This document shows positions 40,850 to 48,925 of a stretch of 64,000 nt of DNA, one piece after another (the stretch's first letter is position 1; every line of letters starts with the position of its first letter). The translations under genes and the position numbers were made by a program. The notes under the pieces were generated by a model, which saw only the letters and a list, made by a program, of their open reading frames with translations, was not told the origin of the DNA and ran no database searches. The stretch is from an uncultured bacterium (lineage in GTDB: Bacteria; Cyanobacteriota; Cyanobacteriia; Leptolyngbyales; Leptolyngbyaceae): the NCBI GenBank assembly GCA_964475335.1, contig CAYYWG010000014.1, forward strand, positions 60,906-124,905, given 5' to 3'.

Positions 40850-42421
40850 TCAATCGGCTTCAGGAGGAATGGGGGCGACCTCCATGACATTGGTAGGCAA
40901 AGTAACTTTAAATAGTGTGCCCTTTCCAACTTCACTTGCAACAGTAATGGTGCCCTGATGTAAATCCACGCAGTGCTTGACAATGGCAAGCCCAACGCCC
41001 GACCCGGACACAGCCCCCACATTGCTGGCTCGATAGAAAAAATCGAATAAACGCAGTTGGTCTGCCCCCGGAATTCCAATGCCGTGATCTTGCACAAAGA
41101 GGGTAATCCACTCCGATGCGCCAACGAGTTTTAATTGAATCGGATGTTGGGCGGAGGAATATTTAATCGCATTTGATAGCAAATTACTAATCACTTGGCG
41201 GACTAACCGGGCATCGAGATAAACGCGATCGCACCACTGAGACTGCTGAACTTCAAATTGAATGCACCGCCCCGTACTGATTTCAGCCGCCGTAATCGCC
41301 CGCCGACACAATTGGCCCAGGTCAAACCAAGAGAGGTTCAGTTTAATTTGTTCTGTTTCGGATTGTTCAATGAACAGAACGTCTTCCATCATCTGCGATG
41401 CCTGTTCCAAGGCCACATAAATTTGCTGGAATAATTCCTCGCGCTCCGCCTCGCTCATGTCAAACGATTTCAGCAAATCTACCGCTGTTCGAATTGTGGT
41501 CAGGGGCGTGCGAAACTCGTGGGCCACCATCGCCAAAAACTGCGTTTTGATGTCACGCAGGGCTGTGCTCCTACTTAGTGGGTCAAGGGTATCGTCGTTC
41601 ACCTGGCTGTGAATTATCTCGGAAGGGGAATCGGCAGTGGAAATACGCAAAATAATCAAAACTGCATCAGGCCAGCAAGGAATTGTCTGAATTTCTCCGT
41701 CGTAAAGCTTACCATTTTGTTGGATTGGCAACCTGCTGAACTCAGATTTACCAGTGGCTAGAACCTGTTGAATACAATGCAGTTGAGTGGCTAAGACAGT
41801 AGCTGGCAGGATTTGGGCTAGATGAGTAATGGGCGATCGCTGAGCACACTGGGGAAGGCTGTAATCAACACAATGGCCTTGTCGCTGCACCCGCAAATAG
41901 AACTCCCTGGCCCGATTGCCAGGTAAAAAAGACTCCGTTGGCAGTTGGTTACCTCGTCGCAGCCCAAAATGAGGTTGCCCCAGCCGCGACTGATGGCCCC
42001 TTGGCGACCATTCAACGCGATGTTGCACCACGCTGACCAAGTAGACGCAGCCTGTATCATCCTGCACTAAGCTAGCAGAGACTTGGGCTAAATACACAAT
42101 CCCAGCGGCATTAGTCAGATAAAGATCATGTTGCTGAGCTTGGCCGGAGGTAAAAACCAGATTATTCTGGGCCCGCACACTGGCGGTTTGCTCAGTGGGC
42201 ACCAGGTCATAGCTAGATTTGCCTAAGAGGGTTTCTTTGGTGTAACCCAGCCAGTTGCAAAAAGCAGTGTTGGCATCGCTAATGCGATGGTGAGAGTCTT
42301 TAACAAAAATGGGCTGGGGTAGAGCATTCAACAAGCCGTGCCAAAATGGCTGGGTTAAGTTGGGTGGACTAGCAACCATATTCTGTGGGTTGAAAGAGTT
42401 GATTTTGGCGATCGCAAGCAT
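40850..42421 (-). CDS. PAS-domain sensor histidine kinase
   Basis: N-terminal PAS: PIFVKDSHHRISDANTAFCNWLGYTKETLLGKS. H-box LAMVAHEFRTPLTTI. ATPase boxes QDHGIGI and GSGVGLAIV. Confidence 0.9.
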   Translation of the reverse strand: MLAIAKINSFNPQNMVASPPNLTQPFWHGLLNALPQPIFVKDSHHRISDANTAFCNWLGYTKETLLGKSSYDLVPTEQTASVRAQNNLVFTSGQAQQHDLYLTNAAGIVYLAQVSASLVQDDTGCVYLVSVVQHRVEWSPRGHQSRLGQPHFGLRRGNQLPTESFLPGNRAREFYLRVQRQGHCVDYSLPQCAQRSPITHLAQILPATVLATQLHCIQQVLATGKSEFSRLPIQQNGKLYDGEIQTIPCWPDAVLIILRISTADSPSEIIHSQVNDDTLDPLSRSTALRDIKTQFLAMVAHEFRTPLTTIRTAVDLLKSFDMSEAEREELFQQIYVALEQASQMMEDVLFIEQSETEQIKLNLSWFDLGQLCRRAITAAEISTGRCIQFEVQQSQWCDRVYLDARLVRQVISNLLSNAIKYSSAQHPIQLKLVGASEWITLFVQDHGIGIPGADQLRLFDFFYRASNVGAVSGSGVGLAIVKHCVDLHQGTITVASEVGKGTLFKVTLPTNVMEVAPIPPEAD

Positions 42422-42778
42422 CGCAGTGAAAGCACGTAATTCGGCAGGCAGTGGCGCTGCTTCAAATGAGCAAACCGAGTCGGTTCAACGCTTTGATCAA
42501 CGTATTCGCATCAAAGCTTCCTCGTCATCGCAGGAGGGCTGCCCACTCCGGCAGCATTGGCCAAACCACGAATCACGCTATTAAAAAATCATCAACAAAG
42601 AATTTGAAAGTTGCTTGAGACCACTGGTTCTAAACCCGAATCCGGCTTGCCCCCAGGGTTATACGCCATTTGGCTTAAAAATTTGAATTCATTTAGGATA
42701 CCCTGAGCTGGGCAAGGCATAACACCTTATTGAGAGAAAATCAAGTTTTAGCGCTATCCCAGTTCTTAATAAAGCTAA

Positions 42779-42800
42779 GCAAGGACTCGAAAGCCCTTGC
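42779..42800 (-). terminator. Candidate intrinsic terminator downstream of futA
   Basis: Stem gcaagg/ccttgc with a 10-nt loop. On the minus strand it is followed by TTAGCTTTATT. It lies about 150 nt after the stop at 42950. Confidence 0.4.
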
Positions 42801-42949
42801 CTGGAAGCGATCGCGCGATCGCGGTGAACTCACTAATTTTTATGAAGCACTTTGGGCGGAAAAGTTGGTTCTTGCCCTGCTTGATCGGCTGGGGCTGTTC
42901 CCGGCCTTCAAAGGAGGGAACCCCTTACCCAGCCACCCACCCCGCAGAC

Positions 42950-44002
42950 TTATTTCCAGCCGACACGATCCATGAGCTTCAGTGCATCCTGGTTCCGTCG
43001 CCCAAATTCGGCGGCATTCACCCGGTCTTCTTTGAATCCGCCCAGGGATTTTAGCTTCGAGTCTGTGGTGGCGTTGGCCAGGACGGGGTATTCGTTGTTG
43101 CCTTCTGCAAAAATCTTTTGGGCGGCTGGACTGGCGAGATATTCCAAAAATTTCACTGCGGCGTCTTTATTTTTCGTGGTCTTCACCACGCCACCACCGC
43201 TGATGTTGACATGGGTACCCCGATCTCCCTGGTTCGGGAAAAAGACCCCAATTTTCGAGGCGATCGCCTGGTCTGCTGGCTGGTCTGACTTCATCAACCG
43301 GACAACGTAGTAAGTATTGACCAGGGTCAAAGCGCCTTCGCCCGCCGCGACCGACTTGATTTGGGCGGTGTCATTGCCTTGGGGCGGACGGGCAAAGTTA
43401 GCCACCAAACCTTGGGCCCAGGTGGCTGTTTTTTCGGGACCTAGTGCGGCCAAAAGAGCCCCAACGAGAGACTGGTTATAGACATTGCTGGAAGACCGGA
43501 TGATAAATTTGCCCTTCCATTTGGGATTGGCTAAATCTTCATAGGTTGAAAGGTCAGACGGCTTAACTTGATCTTTGTTGTAAACAATGACCCGAGCCCG
43601 TTTAGAGAGGCCAAACCAATGCCCTTGCGGATCGCGTAAGTTGCTGGGAACGGCTTGTTTGAGGACGGCAGAATCAACGGGCATCAATAAACCGGCTTCT
43701 TGGGCACGCCAGAGGTTACCAGCATCGACAGTCATCAAAACATCGGCAGGGCTGTTGGCTCCTTCGCTGGTAATCCGCTCGATGAGTTTGTCCGCCGGGG
43801 CTTCAATCAAATTGACTTTGATGCCAGTTTGTTTCGTAAACCCTTCGTAGAGGGCGTTGTCAGTATCGTAGTGCCGCGCGGAATAGAGGTTGATGGTTCT
43901 TTGCTGTTGGGCCGTTGTGTCAGCGTCGAACGGAAATTTGGCGATCGCAACGGCAGCGATCGCAGCACCCAACCCTAAAAATACCCGTCTGGTCGTTTTC
44001 AT
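42950..44002 (-). CDS. futA: Periplasmic Fe(3+)-binding protein of an ABC transporter (FutA/IdiA/AfuA family)
   Basis: Signal peptide [19 protein letters not shown], then [32 protein letters not shown], typical of FutA/IdiA. There is no cognate permease or ATPase gene in the window. Confidence 0.85.
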   Translation of the reverse strand: MKTTRRVFLGLGAAIAAVAIAKFPFDADTTAQQQRTINLYSARHYDTDNALYEGFTKQTGIKVNLIEAPADKLIERITSEGANSPADVLMTVDAGNLWRAQEAGLLMPVDSAVLKQAVPSNLRDPQGHWFGLSKRARVIVYNKDQVKPSDLSTYEDLANPKWKGKFIIRSSSNVYNQSLVGALLAALGPEKTATWAQGLVANFARPPQGNDTAQIKSVAAGEGALTLVNTYYVVRLMKSDQPADQAIASKIGVFFPNQGDRGTHVNISGGGVVKTTKNKDAAVKFLEYLASPAAQKIFAEGNNEYPVLANATTDSKLKSLGGFKEDRVNAAEFGRRNQDALKLMDRVGWK

Positions 44003-44363
44003 TGCTCTCGATTTGATTCTCGTACTAGCTATTGAACAAAATTCTCAAAAGAGAGCATAAACTACTCTCCTGACGATATCAAGTCTATTGACGAAGATTA
44101 GCAAAAAGTATTTTTAAGTTGGGGTTAACTAAGCGTGTGCCGATTGCTGAAGCCGTGTCGGTCGCAGACTAATTTGGTGATTTGAGTTAGCGATTAAATC
44201 CTATTTGTCGTCGAGGGAAGCAGAGGCTCAATAGGCTTTGGGACAAACACTTTTTGCAAAAAATACTCAAGTTTTGGGCGGTGGCTGGGTGAGGGTGGTC
44301 AGTAGTTGAGCCAGTGATTGGGCCAGGGGTTGGGACGCGATCGCCATTGCTCCTCCAAAACAA

Positions 44364-44389
44364 GACCCCGTGGCGATCGCTACGGGGTC
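44364..44389 (-). terminator. Intrinsic terminator of the dynamin-like GTPase gene
   Basis: 8-bp stem gaccccgt/acggggtc with a 10-nt loop that contains a HIP1 site. On the minus strand it is followed directly by TTGTTTTGG. It lies about 65 nt after the stop at 44453. Confidence 0.6.
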
Positions 44390-44452
44390 AGTGCCCAAAG
44401 GAAGGTGGGCTAGGAAGTTGCTTAGGTTGGGAAGCCGTTGATTAAGTTGCGG

Positions 44453-46531
44453 CTATACGCGCAAGAGTTCCTGGTAGGTGTTTTCCAGATTTTGACAGGT
44501 CGTGGCGATCGTGGTTTCCACTGTCCGCAGGCGGTTTAGCTCGGCATCACGGTCAATTTCGCGGCTCTGCTTTTGTTGCAACAAGTTATCTAGCTCGGCT
44601 CGGCGGGATTGGATATCGTCGTTGACACGCTTGATGACTTCGCGTTCGTAGCTATCAAAACATTCCTGAACGGCGCTGTAGATGGGTTGCCATTGCTCTT
44701 GGGCCACTTGGGGCAAATGTTTGACCAGTTCTTTCTTCAAAGCTTTGATGAACTCTTTGCGGGCGTGGTCGGCTTGCAGTGCCCCAATGCCCAGGCTGAT
44801 CAGGGCAAAGGTCAATGGCCCCAAGACAACACCAAATAAGGTAGCTGTGGCGATCGCAATCCCTGCGGAGGTAAAGAAATTCAGCAGGATGCTTTTGAAG
44901 TCAAACCCGGCGACGGCCATTGCGGCCCCAGCTAAATTGCCTGTAGCTAGAGAGAAAAGACCCATTGCCCACTTGGCCCAACCGGGGGTAGAGTCGTCAT
45001 CACTGGCCCGGTTTGTTTGAGCGTGGATGGCCTGCCCCGTCAGCTTTTCGGTGATTTGATCGGTCACTTCTGAGTAGGAGGCTCCGTATTTGGCAGCACT
45101 TTGCGACAGTTGGGCAAACGCACCGTGGAGTTCTTTTTCTGCGGTCAGCGTCCAGGCAAAAAACTTGTCGTTGACGTATTGCTGAAAGGCTTGTTGTGCC
45201 GCCGCACTGAACTCTTCGCGCTTGTTTTGGCTGAGAAAATCGAGGAAGCGCAGTTCGCCGGGTTGATAGCGGAGAAAGTCCTGTTCAAAGGTGGCTTCTA
45301 AACCCAAAACATAGGTTTTGAAGGAGTCGGCGATTTGGCGAGCTTTGCGATCGCGCAGGGAGCGAATCTCATCGCGAAACTCGTTACAAATCTCGGCTAA
45401 TTTCACAAATTGGGGTTCGACAGAAATGATCCGTGCTTTCAGGTCTTGCAAGTCTTTATCGAGTAGGGGAATGCGGAGGGCGATCGCCGCTTGGACTCGC
45501 TTGTTGATTTGGCGGGCTAGGGTGCGGGCTTGCCGAAATTCTGCGATCGCCCGCTCCTGGGTCAAAAATGTATTCAACGCGGCCATAAACTCCGCAAAGC
45601 CAGTCCCGTTCAACGGTGCGTTTTTATCTTTGATCCGTTGGCGCAGAGCCTTCAACGCCGAAATTTCAAACACGCGCTCGTCGTACAAATCCACACCATC
45701 GACCCAGCAATAATCCGCCAGATTGGTATGGAAGACTTTGCGTAGCTTGCCTTCGGCCTCTGCCAATTCGTCGCTATCGTCTGGGTCGAGCAAACTTTCT
45801 TTCACCTGATCCCAGGCATTGACCAAGAAAAAGATGGATAGCCCCCGGTCTTTAATGTAGTTCTCTAGATAGCGCCGTTCGGCCAGGGTGCAGGGTTGGG
45901 TGGCCCGCAAAACAAATAAAATCGCGTGGCAATTGGTGATGTAATTCAGCGAAAGTTCATTGCGCGCTTCGGTGTCGTTCAGCCCCGGACTATCGACAAT
46001 TTCCACACCTTTTTTCAAGAGTTCTAGGGGATATTCGACGACGGCATGGCTGACGTCGGGAAAAGCTTGTTGTTGCTTTTGTTCAAGCTGTTTGGCCTCT
46101 TCAGGATCAATGGTGTAGCGGTGCTTGAACGTGGCAAAGTCAATGAGTTGGGCTGGTTTGCCGTCGTTGAAGTGAATTGTGACGGTTTTTTCTGGCCCAT
46201 ATTTGAGCACGGTGAGCAGCGCTGTGCAGGGATTCACGTCGCTCGGCAACAGATTTTCCCCCAGGAGGGCGTTCAAAAAGGTGCTTTTGCCCCGTTTCAT
46301 GTCGCCCAAGACTAGCAACCGAAAGACGCCTTGCTGTAAGTTTTTGCTGGCGGTGTTCAGGTCTGTAATTTCAGGGTCTAGACCCAGTTGACCGGATGCT
46401 TTTTCACCGTCAAATTCAGATTGGGTGAGGGTTTCGGCCATCTGACTCAGGTGAGTAGCCATGTGCTGACGGACGCGGGCAATGCGATCGAGGTCGTTGA
46501 GGAAGCCAGTGGTTTCGAGTTTCGGTGTCAT
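44453..46531 (-). CDS. Bacterial dynamin-like protein (BDLP-type large GTPase)
   Basis: P-loop LLVLGDMKRGKSTFLNALLG, G3 IVDSPGLND, a long helical stalk, and a hydrophobic paddle near aa 530-590 (WAMGLFSLATGNLAGAAMAVAG...IAIATATLFGVVLGPLTFALISLGIGAL). Its 692 aa is similar to the characterised Nostoc BDLP (from memory). Confidence 0.85.
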   Translation of the reverse strand: MTPKLETTGFLNDLDRIARVRQHMATHLSQMAETLTQSEFDGEKASGQLGLDPEITDLNTASKNLQQGVFRLLVLGDMKRGKSTFLNALLGENLLPSDVNPCTALLTVLKYGPEKTVTIHFNDGKPAQLIDFATFKHRYTIDPEEAKQLEQKQQQAFPDVSHAVVEYPLELLKKGVEIVDSPGLNDTEARNELSLNYITNCHAILFVLRATQPCTLAERRYLENYIKDRGLSIFFLVNAWDQVKESLLDPDDSDELAEAEGKLRKVFHTNLADYCWVDGVDLYDERVFEISALKALRQRIKDKNAPLNGTGFAEFMAALNTFLTQERAIAEFRQARTLARQINKRVQAAIALRIPLLDKDLQDLKARIISVEPQFVKLAEICNEFRDEIRSLRDRKARQIADSFKTYVLGLEATFEQDFLRYQPGELRFLDFLSQNKREEFSAAAQQAFQQYVNDKFFAWTLTAEKELHGAFAQLSQSAAKYGASYSEVTDQITEKLTGQAIHAQTNRASDDDSTPGWAKWAMGLFSLATGNLAGAAMAVAGFDFKSILLNFFTSAGIAIATATLFGVVLGPLTFALISLGIGALQADHARKEFIKALKKELVKHLPQVAQEQWQPIYSAVQECFDSYEREVIKRVNDDIQSRRAELDNLLQQKQSREIDRDAELNRLRTVETTIATTCQNLENTYQELLRV

Positions 46532-46728
46532 GGGTTGAAAGAGGGTCAGAAAGGGGTCAGTTGGGGTGAGACGCAGGTTGTGACTTCAGGAAAGGGGATA
46601 GACCGTTGGGCGCAATCGGCGCGATCGCGAGTTGGCAAACCTCCCCAGGTTTGGTTACTGGTCAAGGTTCAACCGATACCCACCAGAATCAGGTCAGGCA
46701 AGGACAATTCCGGGCGATTTGAGAAGAA

Positions 46729-47058
46729 TTAAGGTTTTGGTTGTCTGTTGTCGAAAAAGATTTTGTAGGTAATCCAGGCGATCGCGCCAATCATCAGAGC
46801 CGTGGCAGCCCAGACGGCAATTTTGACAGCTACAATCACCGCTACCACCACACCCAAAAACTTCGCAATATTCGCGGCTTGACGTAAGCGCTGTTTGAGT
46901 TTGCTGGGGGGTTCTGTGTGTTTGGTGGTTGGGTAAACCGGGATGGCGGGCTGGCCAATTTCCATCTCCAGTTCACGTAGGCGCAAGGCGGTTTCGCGAT
47001 CGCGCAATTCTTGTTCGCGCCGTTGTATTTCTTCGTCGTTATTGTTATGGGAAGTCAT
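46729..47058 (-). CDS. Small coiled-coil plus double-TM membrane protein, upstream of and co-oriented with the BDLP gene
   Basis: 109 aa. Charged N-terminus EEIQRREQELRDRETALRLRELEMEI, then FLGVVVAVIVAVKIAVWAATALMIGAIAWITYKIFF. HIP1 sites lie inside, so it looks native in composition. Confidence 0.6.
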   Translation of the reverse strand: MTSHNNNDEEIQRREQELRDRETALRLRELEMEIGQPAIPVYPTTKHTEPPSKLKQRLRQAANIAKFLGVVVAVIVAVKIAVWAATALMIGAIAWITYKIFFDNRQPKP

Positions 47059-47239
47059 GGCAATAGGCTAGCTAAAGAAGACGAGATTTTTGCAAGCGAT
47101 AGACCTGTTGCAAAATTGGTTCCAATGAGTTGCTCTACCTTAACCTGTCACTTTGGCAAGTGCCCAGTCTTTATTGTGAGAAACGAAATTAAAAAGGGAA
47201 AACTTTGAATAGATTTAACTTTTCCAAAGGCAGGTAATC

Positions 47240-47851
47240 ATGTGCAATCCTCAAAAGGAGAATGAAGTAAAAAATCTAATAGAGAACTTATCACAACTCT
47301 CACAGGTTTATGTCAAAGCACCAATCCAGGAGGAAAAGTATAACGGAATACTAATCGAACTTCGTCTTCTTTACACCCACGATAGAAAATGTTTTCCCGA
47401 AGAAAAAATAAACTTAATAAATAATTTGAAGGGCAAAATTGAGCAAGAAGTTCAAACATACATTAAGGAAAAATTTTCACTGTTAAATTTTTTTCCTACA
47501 GAAAGTCGAATTGAGGCTAAACATTATGCAAAAGAAATGTGTGGACTTCCACTGAGAACAGTAGTTTTTCACAAGACCAATTTTTTTATAGGTATAGTTG
47601 TGGATCGAAATCCAGTACACAGAACGTACAAATTGTTATTTTTATCAAACGGTTATGAATGGTATGGATTGAACGATCTATTAGTCGTAGGTACTTGTAG
47701 CAAAATATGGGAAGTACTACTAGAAACCTATTGTTGGAATTGCCACAGTTTTCTAGGCACTGGTGATAAAAAGTGCCAACGCTGTCAGTGGTATTTGTGC
47801 CCAGATTGTAAGGCTTGTAAGTGTCAGTGGTCTGGACTTGTTAGGTTTTAA
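47240..47851 (+). CDS. Orphan AT-rich ORF with a Cys-rich (zinc-ribbon-like) C-terminus
   Basis: 203 aa. The C-terminal 33 aa read CWNCHSFLGTGDKKCQRCQWYLCPDCKACKCQW (CxxC-x10-CxxC-x4-CxxCxxCxC). AGG-containing spacer lies upstream of the ATG. There is no HIP1 site and the region is visibly AT-rich. I recognise no family. Confidence 0.55.
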   Translation: MCNPQKENEVKNLIENLSQLSQVYVKAPIQEEKYNGILIELRLLYTHDRKCFPEEKINLINNLKGKIEQEVQTYIKEKFSLLNFFPTESRIEAKHYAKEMCGLPLRTVVFHKTNFFIGIVVDRNPVHRTYKLLFLSNGYEWYGLNDLLVVGTCSKIWEVLLETYCWNCHSFLGTGDKKCQRCQWYLCPDCKACKCQWSGLVRF

Positions 47852-47937
47852 TACGATAGTTGCCCACCTATTAAACTATACTAAATTAGTGAGCCACTCG
47901 GCGTAGTGTGATCGCCCTTCTCTCTTACGTGTAGCGA

Positions 47938-48034
47938 GATCGCGCTCTGGAATGTGCAACCTCGCTTTAAAGCACGGAAACTGGCAGTTGTGGCTACCAG
48001 TTTCTTAAGTGGTTGATTTAGTTGTGGCGATCGC
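47938..48034 (+). repeat. 97-bp direct repeat, copy R1 (downstream of hicA)
   Basis: 95/97 identical to 48787..48883. It contains the hairpin aaactgg-N12-ccagttt and ends in a HIP1 site. Confidence 0.95.
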
Positions 48035-48197
48035 CCTATGCTGTATTCAGAAATATTCTGGTTCCAACAGACGGGTTTTCAACCATGCCCCTACCGATGG
48101 CTGAAGCCGTATAATGTCCCCGCTTCACCCGCTGTTAGTAATCTTGGAAAAAGACAAATAGCCTTTTGACGGTCGGGTGCAAGCGGCTTGTTAGACC

Positions 48198-48422
48198 TCA
48201 CTGCGACTCTAACAGTTCTTCAACAGTCAATTCAATGTCGCTTGCAATTTGCCGTAGAAGTCTTGGAGAAATATCCCGTCCTTTATGAAACGGAATAGTT
48301 GTCCCTCGACCATCTTCATGCCGAAACTGCTTGTGTGAACCTTTTTGACGAACTTCTACAAAACCTAGATTTTCTAAAATACGTACAACCTCTTGCGGCT
48401 TCAGAACGAGAATATTACTCAT
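48198..48422 (-). CDS. hicA: Type II toxin HicA (mRNA interferase, YcfA/HicA family)
   Basis: 74 aa. LKPQEVVRILENLGFVEVRQKGSHKQFRHEDGRGTTIPFHKGRDISPRLLRQI carries the KGSH..F.H core of HicA. It starts 3 nt after the hicB stop. Confidence 0.85.
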   Translation of the reverse strand: MSNILVLKPQEVVRILENLGFVEVRQKGSHKQFRHEDGRGTTIPFHKGRDISPRLLRQIASDIELTVEELLESQ

Positions 48423-48425
48423 CGC

Positions 48426-48635
48426 TTACTGAACCACAATCTGCTGTGTACCAACAAACTCCGTCTTGAACACTACTTCCTCATCTTCTAAAAGCATCTC
48501 AATTACTTCACGAAGATTCTCCTGTAACTCGTCTAAAGTTTCTCCTTGAGAATGCGCTCCAGAAAAACCAGGAACATAACCAACGTAGAGGTTAGTGTCA
48601 GAATCTCGCTCGACAATTGCAGTGAAGGTTCTCAT
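48426..48635 (-). CDS. hicB: Type II antitoxin, short HicB-like (UPF0150) form without an obvious DNA-binding domain
   Basis: 69 aa. MRTFTAIVERDSDTNLYVGYVPGFSGAHSQGETLDELQENLREVIEMLLED matches the HicB N-domain pattern. Confidence 0.8.
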   Translation of the reverse strand: MRTFTAIVERDSDTNLYVGYVPGFSGAHSQGETLDELQENLREVIEMLLEDEEVVFKTEFVGTQQIVVQ

Positions 48636-48786
48636 AGTCTAGCTATTTTACTCGACTAGTCAACTTTTAGTTTTGCCAATATTTTTAAGCGCTCAAGATA
48701 GTTTCTCATGTGTTCAGCTCTCTCTGTTGGAACACAGCCATCATTGTACAAATCAATTCTATAACCCAATCTAAATGAGAGAACGC

Positions 48787-48883
48787 GATCGCGCTCTGGA
48801 ATGTGCAACCTCGCTTTAAAGCACGGAAACTGGCAGTTGTGGCTACCAGTTTCTTAAGTGATTGATCTAGTTGTGGCGATCGC
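48787..48883 (+). repeat. 97-bp direct repeat, copy R2 (between the typA stop and hicB)
   Basis: 95/97 identical to 47938..48034. HIP1 sites lie at both ends. Confidence 0.95.
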
Positions 48884-48925
48884 GATGAGGGTGTGATTAT
48901 GCCTCTGCGATCGCGCACCAGAAAT

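Noticed and set aside
40660-41124. 154-aa ORF overlapping the 3' end of the PAS kinase and extending into the spacer
   Set aside because: It overlaps a strongly supported gene in another frame and has no recognisable motifs. The spacer part has no RBS-plus-start context.
44010-44048. Fur-box-like AT-rich motifs (GAGAAT hexamers; ttgaacaaaattctcaa) upstream of futA
   Set aside because: They only partly match the GATAATGATAATCATTATC consensus and the dyad symmetry is imperfect. The idea is plausible given the gene, but the sequence alone does not support it.
48706-48918. 70-aa ORF between hicB and typA
   Set aside because: It is mostly a translation of repeat R2, whose other copy is non-coding. 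It is Arg/Ser-rich with no motif.
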